From Mustelus asterias (lineage: Eukaryota): a stretch of 64,000 nucleotides of DNA. This document shows positions 24,173 through 34,490 of the stretch, piece by piece; the first letter of the stretch is position 1; each line of letters begins with the position of its first letter. The notes under the pieces were generated by a model. It saw only the letters and a list, made by a program, of their open reading frames with translations, did no database searches and had not been told where the DNA came from. The position numbers and the translations under genes were made by a program. Where the stretch lies: positions 24,428,001 through 24,492,000 of the forward strand of contig NC_135808.1 of NCBI RefSeq assembly GCF_964213995.1. Direction: 5' to 3'.

Positions 24173-25400
24173 ATGGCGCACCAAGTTAAGACACCAGTGG
24201 AGATATTAGGGGATAAGTTCCCAGCCCTTAGGGGAGATATAGAACACGTCTCTAAAAAATGGGCCAAAAGAACAAATAAGACCAATACACAGTGGCCGGA
24301 GGAAGGCACATGGTCCATAGAGAGGTGTGAGGACCAGAAGGGAATGATAAAGAACTATAAGATTAAGGATAAATCGAGCAAAAGAAGGGAGAAGCGAGAA
24401 AAGGAGTTAGAGATATTAGCCCTATTCCAACAAGAAGGGAAAGAGAGAAGAGGGGTATGGAGGGGAGGTAGAATGCAGATGCCAGTACAACTTGAGGAAA
24501 AAGCAAAATTGGAAGATCCAAACGTAGCCCCATCCCCATACTTAGAGAAACAGAGCTCCACGGGACTGTACCCAGTTATATCAGGCAAAATGAATTTTGA
24601 GGGAGAATATGACATAGAACAGATGACGAAGGTGGAGAAGGGACACGGAGAGGGACATTTTAATAGACCCACTGACCAACTCCATGTTCCGGGCTGCAAT
24701 CCTAGAGGGCTTGCCAGCCCCAGCTAAGACAAGGCTGGAGGAAGTGGTGGGCTTGGACTCAAAAAATTACCGAGAGTTTGTGGATTATGTTGCCCATGCA
24801 GTAGAGAGACATCGCAAAGATGAAAAGAATGCAGACAAACAGCTGAAGGAGGTACAACGTAAACTCCTTCAGGCACAGTTGGAGGAGATCAAAAGCAAGG
24901 ATAAGCTAAAGGCAAAAGAGGATCTCGCACCCAGAAAAATAGCACCGATGATGGTGGAGCAAAAGCCAGAGGAAATACCTGCACTAATCAAAGGGGGGAG
25001 CGGAGATGGAGGCCAGCCCGTCATAACCTATAACATTTCTGCCTTCCCACTGTCCATGAACCCAGGAGCCTATGGCCTAAATTATCAAAACCCATACGCC
25101 CTGCAAAGTCAGACTGACTGGAATAGAAATGGGAAAGGACAGGGAGGTGGTAGGTCACCCTATCAGAATCAGAGAGGACAGGGACAGGTTAATCATCAGA
25201 CTCCGAGACAGGGACCACTGCCTGGCCCTTCAGGTGTGTGTTGGGGGTGCGGGGAGGCAGGGCACATAAAAAGGAATTGCCCGCGGAATTTCCCCAGACA
25301 GGGAGAAAACCAGCAGCAGACAGGCCAACAACTGATCCAAGGATCGCCAAACAGCATCCCGATGTTTCAAGGGCCGGTAAACCATCAGAATTCCCCATAG
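24173..25400 (+). pseudogene. gag: ERV gag with internal deletion and frameshift (~24630)
   Basis: MA-like WPEEGTW and late-domain-like PSPY/LYPVI in one frame; CA C-terminus, coiled coil and single CWGCGEAGHIKRNC knuckle in another frame, ending TAG. Confidence 0.85.
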
Positions 25401-28400
25401 GGAGGCCCAGAGAACCCCGAAATGGTAGGACAGTACGTACAGATAACAGAAACTGCAGAGCAGGAACCTATAGTTAACGTTAGAGTAGGAGGGATCGAGG
25501 TCCCCATGATGATAGACACCGGCGCCACATGTACGTGCATGCAAACGAAATATGCGGATCACTTACCATTGTCAAACCAGTTTGTAAAAACTGTGGGGTT
25601 CTCGGGGAAAGTAACATTAGCTCGAATGACGACGCCGGTGCCTGTTACCATTGGAAATAAGACAACCCATGTACCTATTTTAGTATGTGATAAAACTCCT
25701 TTAAATCTATTGGGAAGGGATGCAATCCTAGGTTTAGGACTGAAATTAGAATGCACTGAACAAGGAATTGATTTGATGGGAATGTATCCACTTGAAATAC
25801 CAGGAAAGGAAGGGGTTAATGTATATTGGTTGGGAGATATAGAGGAACAAGTTAAAAAACAGATATGGGAAGTTTGGGGAAAGCTTATAAACACTTGGGT
25901 TCCACAAGCCAAATGGCCAAGAACAGAATTACACAGTACAATGATATTTGATGAAGGACAGGAACCTGAGATACAGGAGAAATGGGAAAGGGAGGCAGGA
26001 CGAGAACAGGAAATAAAGTCAGGAAGTATTTTAATCGGACTAGAGGGAGTAGCCCTCACCATTGTTAGGAATGAATGGGTTAACAAATGGTTCTCTGTAT
26101 CTGGGGCGGAGCCACATGTCACATTGAAAGTGAATCCGGAATACAGATCAAAAGACCTAGGACCAATGGTGTTGAGAGCACAAGATTTAGAATTTGTCCA
26201 GACAGACAATGTAGATATTTGGACGTCCAGCAATGGACAAATGACGAAAATAATTTTGGATGTTAAAATGCTTGGGAAACCGAAGCAGATAACAATAGGA
26301 GTGCAAATCGAGAAACAGGAACTGGAGTGGAGAGAGAGGTTAGAGCAGGATTTGAACTCCCTCCCGCAGGAGTTGTGGTCCAGACAGGACACGGATGTAG
26401 GGAGGGTCAAAAACGCTAATCCAGTTGAAGTCAGATTAAAGATAGGACGTCAGGGGCCGTATAGGCCGCAATACCCAATCAAGACAGAAGCAATTGAAGG
26501 AATTAGAGGGACAATTAAGGGATTGATAGAAGCAGGGGTATTAAAAGAAACCCGGAGCAGGTGTAATACACCGCTACTACCAGTGAAAAAGGCGGACGGA
26601 GAAAAATGGAGATTGGTGCATGACCTAAGGGCGATTAATGAGGTAGTGGAAGATATGCCAGTAGAAGTCCCAAACCCTTATACCTTGTTAACAAATATAC
26701 CACCTGAAAGCAGATGGTTTACTGTAATAGACTTATGTTCGGCATTTTTTAGTGTGCCACTAGCTCAAGAAAGTCAGTATCTCTTTGCATTTACATTCGA
26801 GGGGAAACAATACACATACAATAGGATGCCCCAAGGATTTAAACATTCCCCACATGTATTCAATCAGGTGTTGAGAGCAGATTTAGAAGGAATACAGTTG
26901 GAAGGAACACTGATACAATATGTGGATGATTTATTATTATGCACAGGAACACAAGAACAGTGCAGGAAGGATAGTTTAAAACTATTGGAAAGACTAGCAG
27001 AAGGGGGCCATAAAGTTTCCAGGAAAAAGCTGCAGCTGTGCCAGAAAAAGGTAGAATACTTGGGAAGAGAAATATCAGCAGGACAGAAGGAGATAGCTTC
27101 ACAGCAAATAGAAGCAGTACTAAAAGTTCCGAAACCACAGACGGTGGGACAAATGATGACATTTTTGGGAATGACAGGATTCAGTTCAGAATGGGTGGAA
27201 AGCTATGCCGAAAAAACGCAGGCATTACGAAAGATAATGAAGGAGGCAGGGTGTGACGAATTAAAAGCCAAACTAAAATGGGATAAAGATGCTTCAGACG
27301 CATTTGAAAACGTGAAAAGAGAAATGGCACAGGCACCAGCCTTGGCTTTACCGACCTATGACAAGCCCTTTGACTTATTTGTGAGTAACAGAGAAGCCGG
27401 ATTTGCTACAGCAATGTTAATGCAGGAAAATTGCAAGGGTAGACGAAGGCAGGCTGTAGCATATTACAGTACCAAGCTAGACGACGTAGCAATGGGATAC
27501 CCTCCGTGCTATCAAGGCCTGGCAGCAGCTTGGTGGGCGTACGAAAAGGCAGCCACGGTCACAATTGGATATCCGATAAACATACATGTATACCATAAGG
27601 TAGCTGAATTGATTGAGCAAGGAAAATTTGTGCTGACACCTGCTAGGATCCATCATTATCGAATGCTAACCACATTTCCAGATATCACGATTATAAAGTG
27701 CAACAGAGTAAATCCAGCTGATTACATGCCATTACCTCATGAAGGAGAAGAACATGAATGCTTAAGAGAAGCAAAAACATTTATGAAACTGAGAAAAGAT
27801 TTAAGAGCAGAGGGACTAGTGACAGAAGGGAAAAGGATACTGTATGTAGATGGCTCATGTTACAGGGATCACTTAGGAAACCACGCAGGCTATGCCATAG
27901 TTGAACAGAAAGGGGAAACACTTGAAGTCATAGAAGCAGAGAAATGTGAACAGCCCTGTTCAGCCCAACTGGCAGAACTTAAAGCATTGACCAGAGCATG
28001 TGAGCTAGCAAACGGGGAAGCATTGGAAATTTATACTGATTCGGCCTATGCCCACGGGGTCTGCCATCTGTTCGGGGCAATATGGAAGCAAAGGGGATTT
28101 ATGAAAAGCGGAGGAGGACCAATACAACACGAAGGTCAAATCAGGGCTTTAATAAGGGCCATGATGGGTCCAAGGGAATTAGCCATAATTAAGTGTCAGG
28201 CGCATAAAAAGGGAGCAGACAGCATCACACAGGGAAACACCAAAGCCGACAAGGCAGCTAAAGAAGCGTCAGGATGCATTGAGGCTACGATAGCCCCAGT
28301 AGAAATAGCAAGGCCACACCCAGGGCCAGGTACGGGGGATATCGAACCTCAGATCACATTAGAGGATGTAGCACAGTTACAGGAGGAAACCTCTGTAGCT

Positions 28401-29774
28401 GAAAAGGCAATGTGGAAAGATAGAGGAGCACTACAGGGACAACAGGACAGGATATGGAGAAATGGGGAGGGATTAGTCATAGCACCCACATCATTACTAA
28501 CCGTACTAATTAGCGAAGCGCATGGAGTGGACCACTGTGCAAGAGGAGAAGTGGCTAGAAAGATCAAGAAGGAAGGATTCTGGTCACCATACCTGCAAAA
28601 CTCGATTGACTACATACTAAGTCAGTGTGAGGTGTGTGCTCAGAATAACATCAGGAAGGGCATTACTGCCCCAATAGGGCATATACCCATTCCTGAAGGA
28701 CCATTTAAACATCTATGCATGGACTATGTGGATATGGGAAAGGTGGTGAGGGGGAAAAGATACATGTTAGTGATTATTGATAGATTCAGCAGATGGATAG
28801 AAGCAACGCCATCCAAAGATCAAGGATCTGGAACGGTGATTAACTTCCTGTCAAAAGAAATTATCCCAAGATTTGGCATACCCACGCAATTAAGTTCAGA
28901 CAATGGATCTGCTTTTATAGGAAGGGCACTGAGAGAGACACTCTCGGCACTCCGAATAAAGCAGAAGTTTGGATGCGTATATCACCCTCAATCCCAAGGA
29001 ATGGTGGAGAGAGCAAACGGGACCCTTAAGGCTAAAATAAGCAAAATTTGCAGTGAAACAGGGAAAAACTGGATAGATGCTCTGCCATTGGCTCTAATGC
29101 AATACAGGAGTCAGGAAAACAGAATCACACATTTGAGCCCACATGAAATGATGACAGGAAGAGTAATGCCGGTACCTAAGATCAGGGGATCAGGAGGTCC
29201 TACGCTAGAATGTTTAGATCAAAGCACAAAAGAATATATACAACAATTAACTGTTATACATAGAACTATATTTGAACAGGAAAAAGCCAAGGAGGAGGAG
29301 AATCCGGTAACAGAACATCAGATCAAGCCTGGAGATCGAGTATACATCAGGAAGTTCCGCAGACGTTGGAATGAACCGAGACGAGAAGGACCGTTTGAAG
29401 TCACCAAAGTGTCTCCCACGGCGTTGCAAGTAGAAGGCAGTACACTGTGGTATCACTTGAACCATTGTACCAGAACGGTACCAGGGGTGGGGGAGAGAAG
29501 GGAAATTGAAGAAGTACACAGAGTGGACAGAAGTGATAGCGAGGAAGAAATAGAAATACACGGGGAGAATCGTGGGGAGGAGGAACAGAGCCAAGGAAGA
29601 ACAAAAAGAATAGAGGATGATGAAAGTAGTTCTGTACATGAGCTGGCTGATGATACAAATGCCCAGCCTGAGCATATTAGTCAAGGTGCCGAGGGAGGTG
29701 AGGACAGGGAAGGGGCCCCATTCCCCACCTGGGACTTGGAAAATATTTCCCTTAGGGACTTCCGTGACCCATAG
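25401..29774 (+). CDS. pol: ERV Pol (protease, 2H-like domain, RT, RNase H, integrase), uninterrupted
   Basis: IDTGA; MPQGFKHSP; YVDD; VDGS/AELKA/YTDS/ADKAA; HGVDH..CEVC; MDY/SDNG/MVER; in frame with gag after the amber codon. Confidence 0.97.
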   Translation, partial: GGPENPEMVGQYVQITETAEQEPIVNVRVGGIEVPMMIDTGATCTCMQTKYADHLPLSNQFVKTVGFSGKVTLARMTTPVPVTIGNKTTHVPILVCDKTPLNLLGRDAILGLGLKLECTEQGIDLMGMYPLEIPGKEGVNVYWLGDIEEQVKKQIWEVWGKLINTWVPQAKWPRTELHSTMIFDEGQEPEIQEKWEREAGREQEIKSGSILIGLEGVALTIVRNEWVNKWFSVSGAEPHVTLKVNPEYRSKDLGPMVLRAQDLEFVQTDNVDIWTSSNGQMTKIILDVKMLGKPKQITIGVQIEKQELEWRERLEQDLNSLPQELWSRQDTDVGRVKNANPVEVRLKIGRQGPYRPQYPIKTEAIEGIRGTIKGLIEAGVLKETRSRCNTPLLPVKKADGEKWRLVHDLRAINEVVEDMPVEVPNPYTLLTNIPPESRWFTVIDLCSAFFSVPLAQESQYLFAFTFEGKQYTYNRMPQGFKHSPHVFNQVLRADLEGIQLEGTLIQYVDDLLLCTGTQEQCRKDSLKLLERLAEGGHKVSRKKLQLCQKKVEYLGREISAGQKEIASQQIEAVLKVPKPQTVGQMMTFLGMTGFSSEWVESYAEKTQALRKIMKEAGCDELKAKLKWDKDASDAFENVKREMAQAPALALPTYDKPFDLFVSNREAGFATAMLMQENCKGRRRQAVAYYSTKLDDVAMGYPPCYQGLAAAWWAYEKAATVTIGYPINIHVYHKVAELIEQGKFVLTPARIHHYRMLTTFPDITIIKCNRVNPADYMPLPHEGEEHECLREAKTFMKLRKDLRAEGLVTEGKRILYVDGSCYRDHLGNHAGYAIVEQKGETLEVIEAEKCEQPCSAQLAELKALTRACELANGEALEIYTDSAYAHGVCHLFGAIWKQRGFMKSGGGPIQHEGQIRALIRAMMGPRELAIIKCQAHKKGADSITQGNTKADKAAKEASGCIEATIAPVEIARPHPGPGTGDIEPQITLEDVAQLQEETSVAEKAMWKDRGALQGQQDRIWRNGEGLVIAPTSLLTVLISEAHGVDHCARGEVARKIKKEGFWSPYLQNSIDYILSQCEVCAQNNIRKGITAPIGHIPIPEGPFKHLCMDYVDMGKVVRGKRYMLVIIDRFSRWIEATPSKDQGSGTVINFLSKEIIPRFGIPTQLSSDNGSAFIGRALRETLSALRIKQKFGCVYHPQSQGMVERANGTLKAKISKICSETGKNWIDALPLALMQYRSQENRITHLSPHEMMTGRVMPVPKIRGSGGPTLECLDQSTKEYIQQLTVIHRTIFEQEKAKEEENPVTEHQIKPGDRVYIRKFRRRWNEPRREGPFEVTKVSPTALQVEGSTLWYHLNHCTRTVPGVGERREIEEVHRVDRSDSEEEIEIHGENRGEEEQSQGRTKRIEDDESSSVHELADDTNAQPEHISQGAEGGEDREGAPFPTWDLENISLRDFRDP

Positions 29775-30412
29775 AAAAGGAGAATGGGATACAGAAGACA
29801 TAAGGGTGCAGAATCAGGAAGATAGAGTATTAAGACGAACAAAACGTGAACGATTAGTGAGCACAAATACTATTTGGGGAAAAGCGCAGAAAAACAAATG
29901 GTGGAAATGGGCTGAGTATACAGGTCAGAAAAACAGTGATGGGAAAGAGTGTGTAGTATGCGCATCAGAGAAACCTAACACCCAAGTAACTGATATACCA
30001 TGGGGATCAGTGCTGCACATTTATCCCTAATAACACTAATCCAGAAGGGTCATTTACACAAGCCATGAATAAGTTAAAAAATCTTAAGAAAGAAGTGAAA
30101 GAAAATGCTGGGTTTGGGCATGAGGTATGGAGTTGGCTGGACAGAATATTAGGAAGATGGGGGGCGTGGTTTGCCAAAGCTGGAGCTGTAGCAATCGCAA
30201 CAATAATCATTCTGGGATTGATATTTTGTTGTTTTTGACCCGCCCTGAGATCCTTCCTTACCAGAGTGGCAGCGCGGCAGATGGTGACGCGGGTGCTAAG
30301 CAGCTCACGCTCGAGAGAAAAAACAGAGGAATGGGAAAATCTTGAGCCGCCCCCGCTGAGTGGATTCACAATGACCTTGGTCGAAGTTGAAACTCGTCAC
30401 TCTGTAAAATAA
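29617..30412 (+). pseudogene. env: ERV env with large internal deletion
   Basis: N-terminus with RRTKR and NKWWKWAEY..CVVC, fused out of frame at ~30001 to the TM C-terminus GDQCCTFIPNNT...membrane helix; extra stop at 30236. Confidence 0.85.
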
Positions 30413-32739
30413 CTACAATAGTGGAAGATCACCTTGTGGAAACAACAGCACCTTGCTGAAGTCCGCACGAAACCAGGAGAACTTAGTCTGTACACAGGAA
30501 TCAGTCTTTTTCCCTTCCCTAGACAAGAGTGGGAAGGTTTTTGGCTGATGACTGTCAGGGGCAGGCAATCTGGAGGAGCAACCCAAAAATCAGAACCGGG
30601 ATAGACAAATTATGATAAAGTTAGAATAGGGACACTGATCCCTGACCAAAATAGTCGGCTCCTCCACATCGCCTGGGAAAAGTGATTAAAATAAAATACA
30701 AATGGGATTGAGCGAGGGGATTATTTGAGCTTGGTAATTGGGATGAGGCTAGGGAAGCCTCAAAGGGGGGATTGTAAGGGAAATTGTATTAGATATTGTA
30801 TGAGCTAGGTATGAAATTCAGATTCACAGGTTTTAGTAAAATGATATAGCAGATTTAGGTGAGTAGTGAGATGGGTATATAACCTAAAATAACTTCGTGT
30901 GACCTAATATAATCAAGTGTAGTCGATATGATCAAAGTGGAGAAACTAGAGAAGTAATATAGCAATCACTAATTAAGGAAAGCAAACGATAGCCACCTGA
31001 GAAAACAAAGAAGACTGCTCGGTGGTTCAACTTAATAGTGGACCATAAACCAGCAGAGAGAATGTCTTTTCTGCTAAACACATTAGTGGACCATAAATCA
31101 GCAGGGGGATGTCTTTTCTTCTAAACACATTCGCCTTAGCTTACAAAACCACGATTATTGTACAAACAGAAAAGTTCAGATAAGAGCAAGAGTTATAACC
31201 ACCATGGTTTAAGAAACGAAGAGATATAACAGGGAACGACCAAATGCAAAGAAAACAGATAAAGGGTCAACTAAAATTAATGGTGGCCAAAGAAAGATAG
31301 GGCTGTAGGGTAAGATTACAACCAAGGACAGGCAGTAAAAGGGAGATAAGGATCTTGAGATAGGAGGCTGAAATGTACATAAAAGAGTGTAAGCCCAAGG
31401 GCTCTTTGGAGTGTTCCGGACGCTCCCGGCTTTGTCTCTTGTGCTGAGAAATAAAGTCTATTGCTTGAAAGATCGCTGCTCAGACTCTCTGTTTTAAACC
31501 GATGTGAACGAATTGTCGTCCTGGGGAACCACGACACTGGCTGTCTGATCGAAGACAGAGGGTGGTGGTCGATGGAAAATGTTCGGATTGGAGGCAGGTT
31601 GCTAGCAGAGTGCCGCAGGGATCAGTGCTTGGTCCTCTGCTCTTTGTGAATTTTATTAATGACTTCGAGGAGGGGGCTGAAGGGTGGATCAGTAAATTTG
31701 CTGATGACACCAAGATTGGTGGAGTAGTGGATGAGGTGGAGGGCTGTTGTAGGCTGCAAAGAGACATAGATAGGATGCAAAGCTGGGCTGAAAAATGGCA
31801 AATGGAGTTTAACCCTGATAAATGTGAGGTGATTCATTTTGGTAGGACTAATTTAAATGTGGATTACAGGGTCAAAGGTAGGGTTCTGAAGACTGTGGAG
31901 GAACAGAGAGATCTTGGGGTTCATATCCAAAGATCTCTCAAGGTTGCCACTCAAGTGGATAGAGCTGTGAAGAAGGCCTATAGTGTGTTAGCTTTTCTTA
32001 ACAGGGGGTTGGAGTTTAAGAGCCGTGGGGTTATGCTGCAACTGTACAGGACCTTGGTGAGACCACATTTGGAATATTGTGTGCAGTTCTGGTCACCTCA
32101 CGATAAGAAGGATGTGGAAGCGCTGGAAAGAGTGCAGAGGAGATTTACCAGGATGCTGCCTGGTTTGGAGTGTCGGTCTTATGAGGAAAGGTTGAGGGAG
32201 CTAGGGCTGTTCTCTCTGGAGCAGAGGAGGCTGAGGGGAGACTTAATAGAGGTTTATAAAATGATGAAGGGGAGATAGAGTGAACGTTCAAAGACTATTT
32301 CCTCGGGTGGATGGAGCTATTACAAGCGGGCATAACTATAGGGTTCGTGGTGGGAGATACAGGAAGGATATCAGAGGTAGGTTCTTTACGCAGAGAGTGG
32401 TTGGGGTGTGGAATGGACTGCCTGCAGTGATAGTGGAGTCAGACACTTTAGAAACATTTCAGCGGTTATTGGATAGGCACATGGAGCACACCAGGATGAT
32501 AGGGAGTGGGATAGCTTGATCTTGGTTTCAGATAAAGCTCGGCACAACATCGTGGGCCAAAGGGCCTGTTCTGTGCTGTACTGTTCTATGTTCTAAGTCT
32601 CCAACTGATCTATATCCTGCTGTATCCTCTGATGGTCCTCATCACTGTCCGCAAACTTACTAATCAATCCAGTTATATTTTCCTCCAAATCATTGTTTGT
32701 AATATAGATATATAAATAAATGTTAATTTCAATGTAGAT

Positions 32740-34490
32740 TAGTGAAGAAAGAAGATGTGATGTAATTTATTTTATCCCCTTTCAAAGGCACGTTTTTTAG
32801 GTTGAAAAGATCCATAGCGAAACTTGAAGTGATGAGAGAAAAAATTGTGTGTACAGATGTGTGTGTGTGGAGCTTATGAGGAGAGATTGAACAGATTGGG
32901 TCTGTACTGGGAGTTTAGAAGGCTGAGGGGTGATCTTATAGAGACATAGAAGATAACGAAGGGGCTGGATAGGGTAGAGGTGGAGAGATTCTTTCCACTT
33001 AAAAGGGAAACCAGAACTAGAGTACACAGCCTCAAAATAAGGGGGAGTCAGTTTAGAAGAGTTGAGGAGGAACTACTTCTCTCAGAGGGTAGTGAATCTC
33101 TGGAATTCTCTGCCCATTGAAGCAGTGGAGACTATCTCGTTAAATATGTTAAAGTCACAGGGAGATAGATTTCTGATCAAGAAGGGAATTAAGGGTTATG
33201 GGGAGCGGGTGGGTAAGGGAAACTAAACCACTATCAGATCAGCCATGATCTTATTGAATGGTGGGGCAGGCTCGAGGGGCTAGATGGCCTACTCCTGCTC
33301 CTATTTCTTATGTTCTTATGTTGGCAGACAAAACTGTCTGACTTCATTACATCTGAATTAATAAGTTCAGAACAGAGTTGAGGGGGAACTTCTTCTCTCA
33401 GGGGGTAGTGAATCTCTGGAATTCTCTGCCCATTGAAGTGGTGGAGGCTACCTCGTTGAATATGTTTAAATCACGGGTAGATAGATTTCTGATCGCTAAG
33501 GGATATGGGGAGCAGGCAGGTAAGTGGAACTGATTCGCTTCAGATCAGCCATTATCTTGTTGAATGGCGGGGCAGGCTCGAGGGGTAGATGGCCTACTCC
33601 TGCTTCTAGTTCTTATGTGTGTAAACGTCCTGTTAGTGAATGAGGAAAGGCTGTGTGAATGCTCTGTGTTGCTGTTCCCTCAGACCGGCTCCAACTCTGA
33701 TGTATTTTCCTGAAAATGGTGAGGTCTAAAGGGGGATAACAGTTTAAAGTTTTGAAACTGGAAGATTGTTGCTGCTACAATGAAACTCTGTTGAAACGGG
33801 TGAAACATGTGGATTTCTAATCGCGATACAAATTCACATCTGTCAGAGTGGGGTCGTTTTTTAAGCTTTGTCGGTGTAATTTCAAATTCAGGAGCTGAAT
33901 TTAAGGTGATTGTTGGTGGATTATTCTTGTGTTTAAAATCTCCATAAAAACAACCCTGGGGAACAATTGAGACTTTATCTTCTAATCCATTTTGCTCCAA
34001 GGTTTTTATTCGGAAATATCCAGTTTTGAATTGGTGAATCCACAAGACTTGAAGAAATGTCTTTGTTCTGCTGAAACCGCCATTACTCTGAGAACATTGT
34101 AACCCAGTCTCTTTTTAAAATCGCGGTGACAATGAATTCCTTCACCAAATGTGTTTTAATTTAAAATTAACCCATTCAGCTCCAAGCAGAATAAATCTTT
34201 TCTGTTGTTTTAATAAAACACACACACACAGGTAACAATAGTGTCCAATACTGCAAAGTGTAACAATATTTCCAACAGTGACAAGAATTGGAAACTTAGC
34301 TGCAGCTCCAAATGTCAGATCGCGGTGACAGTTTGATACAAAGGCTCTGATATTTCAATAATGTTTGTTATTTCCCCAGACAGAGTGCTTGGGAAGGGGA
34401 GATTTGACATAAACACACTCACCAATGAAAAGCAGAGATTAAAAGAGAAATCAGGAAAGGGCAGAAGATATTGGAATTCATGAGTTCAAT
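32740..34490 (-). pseudogene. Decayed LRR-protein (TLR-ectodomain-like) pseudogene, copy A (further pieces at 19420-19548 and probably 18660-18925; CR1 tails inserted at ~32870-33618)
   Basis: EFQYLLPFPDFSFN..SNLPFPSTL..NIIEISEPLYQTVTAI*HLELQLSFQFLSLLEIL and LRENRISQITEKETLK resemble LxxLxLxxNxI repeats. Confidence 0.4.

Larger units (their letters stand above)
22194..31536 (+). mobile_element. Endogenous retrovirus (class I, gamma/epsilon-like), 9.3 kb
   Basis: 764-bp TG..CA LTRs at 22194-22957 and 30773-31536, 4-bp TSD CTGG, PBS at 22962, PPT AAAGGGGGGA at 30762-30771, gag-pol-env order. Confidence 0.97.
20322..32594 (+). mobile_element. CR1/HER1 LINE with near-complete ORF2 (APE endonuclease + RT), split by the ERV (20322-22193 and 31541-32594)
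   Basis: NARSIRNK, ITETW, GDFN, LDLVL, SDHN; NHSPVSLTS, DFSKAFD, PQGSVLGP, FADD; stops at 20541 and 21969; tail gttctatgttct; flanked by AAGTC duplication (20317-20321/32595-32599). Confidence 0.93.

Noticed and set aside
25559-26410. 283-aa antisense ORF in ERV pol (also 29247-29801 and 23947-24318)
   Set aside because: Antisense shadows of the long ERV ORFs, with no motif or promoter evidence
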